DNA of 64,000 nucleotides, taken from the sequence record PV029745.1. One strand, 5' to 3'. This document shows positions 8,145 to 17,892 of the stretch, in pieces. The first letter of the stretch is position 1, and every line of letters starts with the position of its first letter. The notes under the pieces are model-generated. The model did not search any database and had not been told where the DNA came from. It was given only the letters and a program-made list of their open reading frames with translations. The position numbers were made by a program, and so were the translations under genes.

Positions 8145-9575
8145 TCAGACAGCTACTTTCCCAGCGATGTGTGGATGGAACTGGTAATCCAGAATCTCGT
8201 AATCTTCCCGAGTGATATCAAGGAAAGGTTTACCTTTGGCCTCAGGCTTGAAGCGGATGGTAGGAGTAGGATAAGTATTGCGGGAACGTTGCAGAGTAAC
8301 CTGTTCCTCATGGTTACTGTAGATGTGACAGTCACCACCAGTCCAGATGAACTCTTCTGCTACCATGTTAAACTGGTTCGCCAACTGATGAGTCATCAGC
8401 GAATAGAACATGATGTTAAAGGGCACGCCCAAAAATTCGTCCGCCGATCTTTGATAGAGTTGACAACTGATAGCTCGTTTCGGAGCACCATGTTGATCCA
8501 ACCATTCTACCACTGCTTCATCGGTAGCCTTTTCATAACCACGACAGATACGCAGAAGTGCTTTAACCTGCTCAGCACCACCGAATGGAGGTTGACCACG
8601 AGTAGTCTCACCACTAATCTGATCATGGTAAGCATCAGCTTCGAAATGCGTTTGGTCTAGAGCTTGCACTCGTTCATCTACGGTAAGTTCACGGGTCCAG
8701 AACTGAATAAATGCATGGCATGGCGGGAGTGCCTGATCTTCGACCAAACGTGGATCCCAGGCACAGATAATCAGTCGACGACTATCTGGATTGTTTTCCA
8801 GTTGGTAAAGCAGTTCTTGAACCTGATCCACACGCCGGCGAATAACACACTCATCTTTCGTGTAATCAACACCAGGTACGTCAACTACGAACTTAAAGCC
8901 GCGTTTCTCGTAATTAGCCCAGTCTACTTTAGGAACGATACGAACATCGTCGATATCACGCCAGGTTTTACCATAGACCGGACCAAGATCACCACCAACC
9001 AAACGGAAGGCAGCCAACAGACCATCGTTGTCTTTAATCACGATCTTCGCATCGCCAATGACAATACGATATACGCGTAGAGCCATGCCATAGTAGTCGA
9101 ATGCATCGGGACCAGGACCGAAACGACTTACATCAGCCCAGGCTTTCAGGTTGATCAACAGTAGTGCCGATTTGTCCTGTTCAGGATCAATCCACTTCCA
9201 ATCGACATCACCGATCTCATTGCTGAAATGCATCTCAAACGGAATGTTCTTGAACTTCTTCTGAACAGCTGTAGTCAGCCAATCATCAGAAACCTTTTCG
9301 AATACTTCAGTACCCGGCTTAACCCACTCGTTCCAGATGGTGACGTTCTTGCTCAGGAGATACTCAAGGCGAGTGTCACCAGACTTCATCCAGTTGAGTT
9401 CTTCTTCAACCGACGGAAGATGAATCTTCTTGGTGGTCACTACAGGGAGGTTACCGTTACGAAGATCATAGCGGAACTGTCTACCGAACAAAGAGGTAGT
9501 ACCCGTACCAGTACGGTCACCTTTAAATACACCGTACTTCTGGGTATCTTCAAGTAGTTGTAGATACTGATGCAT
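8145..9575 (-). CDS. thyA: thymidylate synthase with large insertions
   Basis: DRTGTGTTSLFG, VTTKKIH, IWNEW, GDLGPVYG, SRRLIICAW, ALPPCH, CQLYQRSADEFLGVPFN, GDCHIYSNH. Confidence 0.95.
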   Translation of the reverse strand: MHQYLQLLEDTQKYGVFKGDRTGTGTTSLFGRQFRYDLRNGNLPVVTTKKIHLPSVEEELNWMKSGDTRLEYLLSKNVTIWNEWVKPGTEVFEKVSDDWLTTAVQKKFKNIPFEMHFSNEIGDVDWKWIDPEQDKSALLLINLKAWADVSRFGPGPDAFDYYGMALRVYRIVIGDAKIVIKDNDGLLAAFRLVGGDLGPVYGKTWRDIDDVRIVPKVDWANYEKRGFKFVVDVPGVDYTKDECVIRRRVDQVQELLYQLENNPDSRRLIICAWDPRLVEDQALPPCHAFIQFWTRELTVDERVQALDQTHFEADAYHDQISGETTRGQPPFGGAEQVKALLRICRGYEKATDEAVVEWLDQHGAPKRAISCQLYQRSADEFLGVPFNIMFYSLMTHQLANQFNMVAEEFIWTGGDCHIYSNHEEQVTLQRSRNTYPTPTIRFKPEAKGKPFLDITREDYEILDYQFHPHIAGKVAV

Positions 9576-9919
9576 TAAACACCTCCATCGTTAGAAGCTA
9601 CGGTCAACTTGCTAGGAAGACCTAGAGTTTTATGGGTAGTTTCTTCAATAGCTTTCAGAAGAGCTTCCATATTACCAGTAGGATGACCCAGATGTGGATC
9701 ATTTTGATAACTGATTTCGAAGGTCATGGGGACATCCACGACATGACTGAAATCGACATCACCAACATTCACCGGATAACCCAGACTGATACCTTTAATA
9801 ACCTTACGGTCATGACCGATAGCAATGAAGTCCATGGTAGCACGGTTATGGACGACTGCCCAAGCACCAGTGGATTGCAGTAGATTACGACTTACGATTT
9901 CAGAGATTGTCATCTTCAA
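9575..9919 (-). CDS. hypothetical protein
   Basis: 114-aa ORF coupled (TAATG) to thyA. Confidence 0.6.
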   Translation of the reverse strand: MKMTISEIVSRNLLQSTGAWAVVHNRATMDFIAIGHDRKVIKGISLGYPVNVGDVDFSHVVDVPMTFEISYQNDPHLGHPTGNMEALLKAIEETTHKTLGLPSKLTVASNDGGV

Positions 9920-10304
9920 CTACCTTTAGGAACTTTGCAGTTACTTGGAGAATGATACCAGATTCGGCACGGGCGTCATCACCATCAGATTCATAATGGA
10001 TACTACCGCCATCAACCCACACGCGAGCACCGTTCGGAACAAGTTCATCAGTTGCCATGTATTGAACTTCAGTGTAATCGCCTGAACTATTGCTAGTGCG
10101 AGAGATACCCATCAGGTGATCGCAACTGGGTACGATGATACCCATGTTACCTGGGTTAATGTAAGCAGTGACTTCAGTCAACCCGATGAAGTAGTGACCA
10201 CGAGACGGCGGTACAGTCAGTTTATAATTGTTGAACGGAGTCAACAAAAATTTGACTTCATTAGTAGTTGGAAGAGGTAAAGCGTTTACAGTTTGATTGT
10301 TCAT
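9900..10304 (-). CDS. hypothetical protein
   Basis: 134-aa ORF in an overlapping gene chain. Confidence 0.6.
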   Translation of the reverse strand: MNNQTVNALPLPTTNEVKFLLTPFNNYKLTVPPSRGHYFIGLTEVTAYINPGNMGIIVPSCDHLMGISRTSNSSGDYTEVQYMATDELVPNGARVWVDGGSIHYESDGDDARAESGIILQVTAKFLKVVEDDNL

Positions 10305-10609
10305 TTTTCACCTTTGAATTTCACCGAGTGAGAACCGAATATGAATTCATAATTCTCAGTGTGTTTACGTTCGGTAAGAAGACGAATACTGTTATTAAAT
10401 TCGTCATATTTGACAACAGCTACGACTAGGTTATTACGTTTATCGTAATACTGATAAGTGTTATCATCAGTGTTGATTTCACCCAGTTCGAAAACTTCAT
10501 CATTTTGCTTAATGGCAATCAGTTTACGGGGAGTTGGAATAGTACCGAAGTCGACTTTGTATTTAACCAGCGAATCTTCAGTGGTGCTTTCAGCAACGTA
10601 ACTAATCAT
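10301..10609 (-). CDS. hypothetical protein
   Basis: 102 aa; ATGA overlaps at both ends. Confidence 0.6.
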   Translation of the reverse strand: MISYVAESTTEDSLVKYKVDFGTIPTPRKLIAIKQNDEVFELGEINTDDNTYQYYDKRNNLVVAVVKYDEFNNSIRLLTERKHTENYEFIFGSHSVKFKGEK

Positions 10610-10872
10610 TTCTTTTCCTCAGGGTCGTAGGATTTCGGGATACCAGCTACTTCGTAGAAATGATCCCAATATGGACTTTCGTCACGGCGGTGCATATTGA
10701 AATTCTGATAATCCGTACAGATGACTTTAAACCCATCTGCAACTGATTCCACGACCGGCATATTACCAGTGTGACTGTTGTCGATAACGAAGTGGATGTT
10801 ATTATTGTGTTTGTACTTCAGATCGAATTCTCGTTTGCGTTCAACAGGGGTATAGCTAATTAAGGATGCCAT
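10606..10872 (-). CDS. hypothetical protein
   Basis: 88 aa; coupled to neighbours. Confidence 0.6.
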   Translation of the reverse strand: MASLISYTPVERKREFDLKYKHNNNIHFVIDNSHTGNMPVVESVADGFKVICTDYQNFNMHRRDESPYWDHFYEVAGIPKSYDPEEKK

Positions 10873-10874
10873 GT

Positions 10875-11630
10875 TTATTCCTCAAGACGAAGTTTCCAGA
10901 ACCCGCCCTCTTCTTTCCAGGTCTCACGAATAGCGTTGTCAGTACGTTGACCGTCCTTAAACAGCTTCTCTACATTGGACGGGTAAGTATAGTTGTACAA
11001 CGCAATTGCAAATTGGGTTACAGCTACTCGGGCTGGAATAACACCAGTGCCGGTTCCCATCAGGCAACCGAGGACACGGAAAGAATCTTTCTTTTGTTTA
11101 CCGTACCATTCACACCCAGCAATGCCATCTAGGGCTGCCTTAGAGGCTAGATACGGAACATCCGAACCTTTGGGTAGCCTGCGAGGAACACGCATCGTAG
11201 GGGTGTACAGGAGTGTTGCAGTGATACCATTAAGTTTGGTGAATTGAACGCAAGCACAGGAACCTACGTTTAACTCACCACTGTGGAAACGATTGATATC
11301 GTGAACCACATTTTTCTGCATGTTAACAAAACGGGCAGCTAGGGCACCATCATATCCACCGGTCATATGCCCGTATGAGTTACCCGCGGTCATGTAGTAG
11401 TCAAACTCGTCCGCGTGGTCTCCGAGTGCATCAAGCGTACCATGAAACACTTTAAGGTCATGTCCAAGTTGCTTGACAAAATCAGAGATAGCTACGAGTT
11501 CTTGAAACTCTTCATAACTGGGGGTGCAAAATACGAACTCCAGTGGTTTGCGTCCGATATCTACAGTACCAAGAGAAAGACCATCAGCGATCTCTTTATG
11601 GATACGGGACATTACGAATGGAGATGTCAT
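10875..11630 (-). CDS. macro-domain (ADP-ribose binding/hydrolase) protein
   Basis: TAGNSYGHMTGGYDGALA, GELNVGS, YTPTMRVP, LMGTGTGVIP match macro-domain signatures. Confidence 0.82.
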   Translation of the reverse strand: MTSPFVMSRIHKEIADGLSLGTVDIGRKPLEFVFCTPSYEEFQELVAISDFVKQLGHDLKVFHGTLDALGDHADEFDYYMTAGNSYGHMTGGYDGALAARFVNMQKNVVHDINRFHSGELNVGSCACVQFTKLNGITATLLYTPTMRVPRRLPKGSDVPYLASKAALDGIAGCEWYGKQKKDSFRVLGCLMGTGTGVIPARVAVTQFAIALYNYTYPSNVEKLFKDGQRTDNAIRETWKEEGGFWKLRLEE

Positions 11631-11714
11631 TTCTATACCTCACGACAAAAAGAAAATAGATGGAGCTCCCGAAGGAGCCCCGGTGCGCTGACCTTTACGA
11701 TCAACTACATAATA

Positions 11715-11963
11715 TTACATTGAAACGCATGACATTTCGCGACGAATGTTTTTATTATCGAATTCGTATTCCAGAACCACACCGGCCTGAGTACGAACGA
11801 CTTTAACTTTAGTTCCATTCGCTGCTGTTGTATCTTGAATAGCACCTACAGCTTTCCAACAGGAGTCAATGCTTTCCATCTTAGTGGTGGTTTCAGAAGA
11901 ACCACCAGCATAAATACCAGAGACAATAGTAGTGCTAATGAGAATAGCTCCTGCAAGAGACAT
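11715..11963 (-). CDS. small exported/membrane hypothetical protein
   Basis: Hydrophobic N-terminus, two Cys. Confidence 0.5.
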   Translation of the reverse strand: MSLAGAILISTTIVSGIYAGGSSETTTKMESIDSCWKAVGAIQDTTAANGTKVKVVRTQAGVVLEYEFDNKNIRREMSCVSM

Positions 11964-12760
11964 TACTTTTTACCTCCTTTAATTACGGTAAGCTTCGGCT
12001 TGCCTTTATAACGGGATGGAGCAACATTAACTGGTGCACCGGGAAGATCGCCAAAGTCGAGAAGAGGTTTATCAACAACCTTCAGTTCGGGGGATTTCTT
12101 GATCGGACTAACCTCCACACCAGGTTGATTAGCAATGAAATCTTCAGCTTCTTCCAGTTCTTTTAGTTTCCGAGTATTTGCACGTTCGGAAACATAGGAC
12201 AAGAACTGAGAGAACAAATCGTCATCGTTGCTAACCATGTGCTGTACATGTTCAAGCGCTTTCTCTACGGGAACATCGGTGATTCCCTTCTCTGCCAGCC
12301 ATGCCATTACATCTACGATATCAATGCTGACGGTACCAGGCGCACCATTAGCAATATCGCGGAAGGGATGAACATACGTCGGATTCTCGGCATCAAACAA
12401 AATCCGATCGACATTAGGGAACGGAGAGAACACACTTGCATTCTCAGAGATCTGCACATTCACACCAATGAAAGAATGCCATGGCAGATGCAAACGAGTA
12501 GGCATACCCGAGAAAGCAATTTCACCATAGAAGCAATCACCCGAATAATCAATGTGGCGGCACGCATTTACCGACAGATTGAGAACGATGGTACCATTAG
12601 TGGCATTGAAATCTTTCGAACGCATCATGATTTTACGAAGCGGTTCTGCCAGATAACCTACATCGATAACACAGTCGAAGCGATACATGTTGTTATCAGC
12701 ATTCCAGTTGTAGTATGCTTCAACCAGTTTTTGATTCAATGCGGAAGTGAGTTTGATCAT
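11963..12760 (-). CDS. SspB-like ClpXP adaptor protein
   Basis: AYYNWNADN..., GTIVLNLSVNAC, IAFSGMPTRLHLPWHSFIGV resemble the SspB core; terminal KPKLTVIK resembles the ClpX-binding RPALRVVK tail. Confidence 0.72.
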   Translation of the reverse strand: MIKLTSALNQKLVEAYYNWNADNNMYRFDCVIDVGYLAEPLRKIMMRSKDFNATNGTIVLNLSVNACRHIDYSGDCFYGEIAFSGMPTRLHLPWHSFIGVNVQISENASVFSPFPNVDRILFDAENPTYVHPFRDIANGAPGTVSIDIVDVMAWLAEKGITDVPVEKALEHVQHMVSNDDDLFSQFLSYVSERANTRKLKELEEAEDFIANQPGVEVSPIKKSPELKVVDKPLLDFGDLPGAPVNVAPSRYKGKPKLTVIKGGKK

Positions 12761-12774
12761 TTTGAGTCTCCAGA

Positions 12775-13206
12775 TTAAAGGAATCGTTCAGTGATAGAAG
12801 TGATCAGTTTCTTTTCTTTATTGAGAGAAGACATGTGATCACGGTATTTCTTGAAGTAACCTACATCTTCAGGACCATTTGCCATTTTGGGATTGGCCGT
12901 GAGTATGTGATGGATCTGGGTACCCGTATAGACACTAATGTTCCATGTCTTGGATTCCGAGATTATTTTCTTTACAGCTGCATTAGACTCATCGCTATCT
13001 TCAATGAGATAAGCATCGATGGATTGACTAACCGATCGGCTGAATTCATCGAGAGCACTAAGATCACCTTTGGGAAGGTTAGCATGTACTTCTTTGAGTT
13101 CTTTTAAAGTACGCGGTGCTACACCCGGAACCCAACGATTGGTAATAACATCACCATCAAGTTCATGACGTGGTTGCAGCTCATTGGGTTTCTGGAATGG
13201 ATACAT
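12775..13206 (-). CDS. hypothetical protein
   Basis: 143-aa ORF with GAGG RBS. Confidence 0.6.
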   Translation of the reverse strand: MYPFQKPNELQPRHELDGDVITNRWVPGVAPRTLKELKEVHANLPKGDLSALDEFSRSVSQSIDAYLIEDSDESNAAVKKIISESKTWNISVYTGTQIHHILTANPKMANGPEDVGYFKKYRDHMSSLNKEKKLITSITERFL

Positions 13207-13213
13207 GATTACC

Positions 13214-13729
13214 TCAACGGAACATGTTCTTTATGAAATTCCATGGCTTAAGATACCATGGAGTTGTCGACGCATAGACTACACCAGGTTCGTTCGAAAG
13301 TAAGTTTAGATTGCCATTGCCATCACAGATATAAATTTTCCCTTCACCAATAACAACATCGTCTTTTACTGGAGTTTCTCCATTAGAACGAATAGTAACA
13401 CCTCGTGAAGAACTTTTGTAGTAATCGTTGATAGCTTCCGCTTCAAGCTGTACGAAGACATTGTTCATGATCACACATATTTCTTTGTCCAGTTCTTCCA
13501 GTCGATGATCGAATGAATCCTCGTCACCACCACTTACAACGAAGACATCTGGAATGACAAATAGATCTTTGAATAAAATACCATCAATATGCAACCTGGG
13601 TCTACCTATTACATCACCAAAGAACAAAAATGCTCGGTGGCGACACAGTTGTAAATGTTCGCGATGCTGTTTTCTCAGTTCCTTATAGAACTTCCAATTA
13701 GTGAAAGATTCCGCAGATATAAAAGACAT
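13214..13729 (-). CDS. hypothetical protein (start revised to MSFISAE)
   Basis: GAGG RBS before 13729; the longer start overlaps a promoter motif. Confidence 0.6.
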   Translation of the reverse strand: MSFISAESFTNWKFYKELRKQHREHLQLCRHRAFLFFGDVIGRPRLHIDGILFKDLFVIPDVFVVSGGDEDSFDHRLEELDKEICVIMNNVFVQLEAEAINDYYKSSSRGVTIRSNGETPVKDDVVIGEGKIYICDGNGNLNLLSNEPGVVYASTTPWYLKPWNFIKNMFR

Positions 13730-13766
13730 TGATTTTCCTCGTTGGGTGTGTAGGGGGATCAAACAC

Positions 13767-13792
13767 ATGATGTAGATCTGAGATATTTTTTA
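13767..13792 (-). promoter_or_regulatory. early promoter motif variant
   Basis: Minus strand AAAAAATATCTCAGATCTACATCAT. Confidence 0.5.
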
Positions 13793-13851
13793 GCGTAAGT
13801 AAAATAAAAAACGACATATAGCCCTCCCCGAAGGGAGGGCCAAATGTACCA

Positions 13852-14217
13852 TTACCTAATCACGACCATTTTGCCGTAATCTTCAGACATGCATGAATCA
13901 AACGATGCCATGTATGCGTCTCGCGGACTATCCTTAGCGTCGTATATACCACGGACGTCTTGAATAGCTTTGGGCAGGATTTTGTAAAGAACGTTATCTT
14001 TGTCCTTCACACCGTATCCCTTTAGGGCAAGGAGGTTCTGTTTCCATTTTGCAATGGGTTCAGAACGGCCGCGGGCTTCTGCTGTAGCATGAGCAGCTAG
14101 TGCTAGTGCTTCACAATAAACCTCATCGACACGCACCTCTGTAGCTTCAGCTTGCAGTGGAACCATTAAGATTCCAGCTACAACCATTAGCCGCATTACG
14201 TGTGTAAAACATTGCAT
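13852..14217 (-). CDS. exported hypothetical protein
   Basis: Signal-peptide-like MRLMVVAGILMVPLQAEA; two Cys. Confidence 0.6.
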   Translation of the reverse strand: MQCFTHVMRLMVVAGILMVPLQAEATEVRVDEVYCEALALAAHATAEARGRSEPIAKWKQNLLALKGYGVKDKDNVLYKILPKAIQDVRGIYDAKDSPRDAYMASFDSCMSEDYGKMVVIR

Positions 14218-14269
14218 CACGTTGGTACCTTTGGTTGTTAGGTCAGAATATAATACACTACAGCGTATC

Positions 14270-14770
14270 TTATTCTTTCTTTGGGGTAGCCTCATTAACG
14301 TCGATGAAGACAATGGAATACATCTTAGTTCCATTGGGTGTCCCATCTGTAATAAGTTCAATGAATGTATTCTCGTCTCCAAATATGACATTAGAGTTGT
14401 TACTCTCGAAATATTCTTTAACGTTCTCAACCATTGAATTTATAGCATGTTCAGTCAGAAGACCCCTACCATTTATTCCATAGAGCTGACTTGTTGTTTC
14501 GTAAACAATGGATCTAGGGTCATCATAACCAGAAACATCGGCGGATACCATAAAACGAATTAGTTCTGGATCCGACTTTGCAGTTGATGGAATCCACTCG
14601 CAGTTATTATTGAACCACTCAATAAACTGCGTATATAGACTTGACCCTTTCTCGATGGAGAGTGAATTAGATTCTGTATGCTGTTGTATGAATGTCACGA
14701 GTTTGTGATACTGAATAACAGCAGTGCAGAACGACAGGCCGTGCGAGAATTGATGAATGTTTACGGACAT
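14270..14770 (-). CDS. hypothetical protein
   Basis: 166 aa; GGAGAG RBS. Confidence 0.6.
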   Translation of the reverse strand: MSVNIHQFSHGLSFCTAVIQYHKLVTFIQQHTESNSLSIEKGSSLYTQFIEWFNNNCEWIPSTAKSDPELIRFMVSADVSGYDDPRSIVYETTSQLYGINGRGLLTEHAINSMVENVKEYFESNNSNVIFGDENTFIELITDGTPNGTKMYSIVFIDVNEATPKKE

Positions 14771-14778
14771 ATGCTCTC

Positions 14779-14943
14779 CTAGGACTTGCGATTAACTTTA
14801 CGTTGCAAACTAGCCAATGCTGTCTGCTGGCGTTCGATGATCCGTCTTGATTCACTTAGCATTTTTACTATAGATTCAAACTGGATCGCCATATCGTCTA
14901 AACGCTGCTCTAGTAGAGCTATACGTTCACTCTTATCACCCAT
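14779..14943 (-). CDS. 54-aa coiled-coil hypothetical protein (below track cutoff)
   Basis: MGDKSERIALLEQRLDDMAIQFESIVKMLSESRRIIERQQTALASLQRKVNRKS; TAATG coupling. Confidence 0.55.
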   Translation of the reverse strand: MGDKSERIALLEQRLDDMAIQFESIVKMLSESRRIIERQQTALASLQRKVNRKS

Positions 14944-15368
14944 TAAAGTTTACCTTTATAGTGAATGTCGCCATGATGGGTATTGTTCCGATACAGCAGA
15001 GCTGGATCAGGTTCTCGATTTGCGATAATTAAATTGAATTCCATCGTGAAACGGTTTTTCATATATCGCTCAGAAACTTCAACAACATAAGTATCTGCAA
15101 TGGTGTCGATTTTTACAGTAGCTACAAGTTTAGGCGTACTATTACGAAGCTTATCCCAAACCTCGAACGTAAGATTGTTTTCGTATCGAGCAGTTGTAGG
15201 TATTGTCTTGAATTCGAAAACGTTTAATCCATCTGGAGTGAAGACAGCTACTGGTACTAGCCAAAACACCTCAGTTAATTTTAAGTTACCATCACGTGAA
15301 TAGAAGAACTGCTTCAAGTCCCCTTTTACCCCGTGGTACATTGGTATAATAACACGTTGTGCTGACAT
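14943..15368 (-). CDS. hypothetical protein
   Basis: Start MSAQ with GGAG RBS; coupled to neighbours. Confidence 0.6.
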   Translation of the reverse strand: MSAQRVIIPMYHGVKGDLKQFFYSRDGNLKLTEVFWLVPVAVFTPDGLNVFEFKTIPTTARYENNLTFEVWDKLRNSTPKLVATVKIDTIADTYVVEVSERYMKNRFTMEFNLIIANREPDPALLYRNNTHHGDIHYKGKL

Positions 15369-15763
15369 TATAATTGCTCCGATCCCGACCAATTACGTTT
15401 AGATGTATCCTGTACTATCTTAAGACGTAGCTTAAAATTAGGCATGTTCCAACGCGTAATAGGTTTCTTCCAATATATACGTTTCTTATCAAGTTCAACA
15501 TGCAGCTCGACTAAGACACGGTTTCTTTGTTTTTCGAAGATGGTGAAACAGACATGTCTTGGTTTTTCTAACCAAGTTTCTTTATAAAACTTTAGTGTGT
15601 CTGCATATTTTTGTGTATCACCGTTGATAATACTTTCAATATCTACGTCTGTGAATTCTAATGCTTCAATACCATTCTTACGAAGTGATTTAAAGCGCTC
15701 AGAATAGGTTCCACGGAAATAGTATTCAAGATCAACAAACACGGAGTTTAATCGAGTACTCAT
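15368..15763 (-). CDS. hypothetical protein
   Basis: 131 aa; GAGG RBS. Confidence 0.6.
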   Translation of the reverse strand: MSTRLNSVFVDLEYYFRGTYSERFKSLRKNGIEALEFTDVDIESIINGDTQKYADTLKFYKETWLEKPRHVCFTIFEKQRNRVLVELHVELDKKRIYWKKPITRWNMPNFKLRLKIVQDTSKRNWSGSEQL

Positions 15764-15829
15764 ATATCCTCAGATTGTAATAATCTACAGGATTGGTTAG
15801 GAAAATAAAAAAAGGCATAAAGCCTCCCC

Positions 15830-16168
15830 TTAGGGAAGCGATATGCCAGATGGTGTTTTGATATGAATAAAACGTTTTCTTAACCCGGCAATGAAGAATG
15901 GATCGCCAGCAAAACGACCTGTTGCTGAGTTGTATCTAAACCAATACCGTTTGAACTTTAGGAAGCGACGGCAGTTCGGTTTAGCCTGAATTGTAACTAA
16001 CCATTCATTATCGAACAAGTCATCTAACTCGACTGTAATGGAATAGGTATTGTCAACCCTACCTTTACGGTCTAGTATTGATATACAGTCTGTTAGATCG
16101 CCATATTTAAAAATAACATGCTCGAAGTTATTGTCTAAACTAAGCGGTATAGTTAGTTCCATTATCAA
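15830..16168 (-). CDS. hypothetical protein
   Basis: 112 aa; GGAGG RBS. Confidence 0.6.
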   Translation of the reverse strand: MIMELTIPLSLDNNFEHVIFKYGDLTDCISILDRKGRVDNTYSITVELDDLFDNEWLVTIQAKPNCRRFLKFKRYWFRYNSATGRFAGDPFFIAGLRKRFIHIKTPSGISLP

Positions 16169-16490
16169 CCTCCAAATCGAATGTTACGGAAATAAACCGT
16201 GTTCGATAACTTGGACTTACAAAGGTTTCAAAATGGTTTGAACCATACTGAAGTTCGATATAAGCAACGACAATACCTTGTTGATCACGCGGAACAATAA
16301 AGATAGTGTCAACCAAACCATCTATATTTTTTGACCGACTGATAGACCAATTAAACTCGTCTGTAACTTTATTATCGGAGAGGATCTCTACTCGTGTTAT
16401 TGCCTGTTGTAGAGTGAGATCCAATTCTTCTGTAAACAGGGAGTTCAACTTCCCTCTGTAAACCGTAAATAAATCGATGTGTGTTTGCAT
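16140..16490 (-). CDS. hypothetical protein
   Basis: 116 aa; GAGGA RBS. Confidence 0.6.
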   Translation of the reverse strand: MQTHIDLFTVYRGKLNSLFTEELDLTLQQAITRVEILSDNKVTDEFNWSISRSKNIDGLVDTIFIVPRDQQGIVVAYIELQYGSNHFETFVSPSYRTRFISVTFDLEVDNGTNYTA

Positions 16491-16634
16491 AGCTGAGTCC
16501 TCGATAGTTCATTATAGTACCCAGCTCAAGCTGGGATTATTTTTGTATGGTGGTGTCTTTAAAAACCATGGAGCCAATTAGAGTAAGTGCTGAGGCGCGC
16601 CCTGGATTACCTGATTCGACAATAAGAATGTCTC

Positions 16635-17027
16635 TCACAGTGTGTCACCCATCGCTACACCGACGTAATGATTCGTTAACGGCGCCTTAAAGTACATGTT
16701 GTTGGCACTCTTCATTTTGTTTTTGAATTGGTCAATGATTACACGTTCATCTTCGCCATTTGCTTCGACCAGATACATCCTGAGATCATAGATCCATTTA
16801 AGGATGTCATTTTGGTCTTGTTCCTTTTTATGACGTTTCTTCCCAATTCGTTTCTTTAGGAAGATACTGCTTCGACGTGGCTTTAGTTTACGAGAGAAAG
16901 GAATAGTTTTGATTACTCCGTTCTCATCAATGACCTTCATCCCTTCTACAATGACATCCATGTAATAGTCATTGTGCAGAGCTATCCGTTGATGCATATT
17001 GTCCATAGCTTCTTTATGATCGTACAT
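16635..17027 (-). CDS. hypothetical protein
   Basis: 130 aa; AGGA RBS. Confidence 0.6.
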   Translation of the reverse strand: MYDHKEAMDNMHQRIALHNDYYMDVIVEGMKVIDENGVIKTIPFSRKLKPRRSSIFLKKRIGKKRHKKEQDQNDILKWIYDLRMYLVEANGEDERVIIDQFKNKMKSANNMYFKAPLTNHYVGVAMGDTL

Positions 17028-17113
17028 TCCTATTTCCTTTAAATAGCATAGACAACATATTACCCCATCCTATCCGGAAGGAGTAATATGCCATTTCGGT
17101 TTGAGGGTGTTGC

Positions 17114-17602
17114 TTACAAATTTGCTTCCCAGGGTGACGGTTCTGGTCTACCCTTATCGAGTTCATGCAATTGTTTCCTAACTGCAAAACGTACTCGACT
17201 ATACCATAGGTACACATTTTCCGGCATAAAAGACGAGAGTTCTTTAGCTAAGAGTATTGCATATCTTTGAGCTGCGGCATTTTCTTGCGTATAGGCTAAC
17301 GAGAAAATCTTCGCCAATACATCGGTATTACGATGCCATTCGCGGAGCTCTCTTGCAATAATGTCGCAGTTACGATTATCTCCAATTGACTCGATTAGGA
17401 AACATGTGAATTCATCACCTAGTCCAATACTAACATTAGTCAAGAAGTCAATCAGAGCAATAGACTCTTTCATTTTATTAGGGTTGAACAACTTCCGCTT
17501 AGGATCAAGTCTTTGTAGTCTAAACCACATCGCTTGTGTACCTTCACGATGTAGTGAATGCACTTGACGGAAACCCCGCCACATCTTAAATAATCCAATC
17601 AT
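17114..17602 (-). CDS. hypothetical protein
   Basis: 162 aa; GAGG RBS. Confidence 0.6.
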   Translation of the reverse strand: MIGLFKMWRGFRQVHSLHREGTQAMWFRLQRLDPKRKLFNPNKMKESIALIDFLTNVSIGLGDEFTCFLIESIGDNRNCDIIARELREWHRNTDVLAKIFSLAYTQENAAAQRYAILLAKELSSFMPENVYLWYSRVRFAVRKQLHELDKGRPEPSPWEANL

Positions 17603-17646
17603 CAGGACCTCACGGAATATAGCCTGTCCCGATGGACAGGCTATTT

Positions 17647-17856
17647 TTATTTAACTGCACGTGCAAGGTTGTAGTCAGCATGGAAGTTCGCATCTGCAAG
17701 TTTCCATTCCAACGAACGATCTACAGGGTTACTATAGAATCCAGCACGCCGGGCTTTTGCTTTCACGATGGGATCAACTATCTGGACTCGGGCAATAAAA
17801 GTCAATACCCAGAGAACCCGTTTAGCTATTACTTTAACCAATCGCAGCTTTTTCAT
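17647..17856 (-). CDS. small hypothetical protein
   Basis: 69 aa, followed by a hairpin terminator. Confidence 0.5.
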   Translation of the reverse strand: MKKLRLVKVIAKRVLWVLTFIARVQIVDPIVKAKARRAGFYSNPVDRSLEWKLADANFHADYNLARAVK

Positions 17857-17892
17857 TATTGAGACCTCGACCGACCCTAATGGAAGGGGAAC

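Noticed and set aside
8145-9575. Intron or intein in thyA
   Set aside because: The ORF is continuous and the insertions lack intein terminal motifs or endonuclease signatures
9900-10304. dUTPase-like call (TVPP...INPGNMGIIVPS)
   Set aside because: Only a faint resemblance; the RSG and GxIDxDYxG motifs are missing
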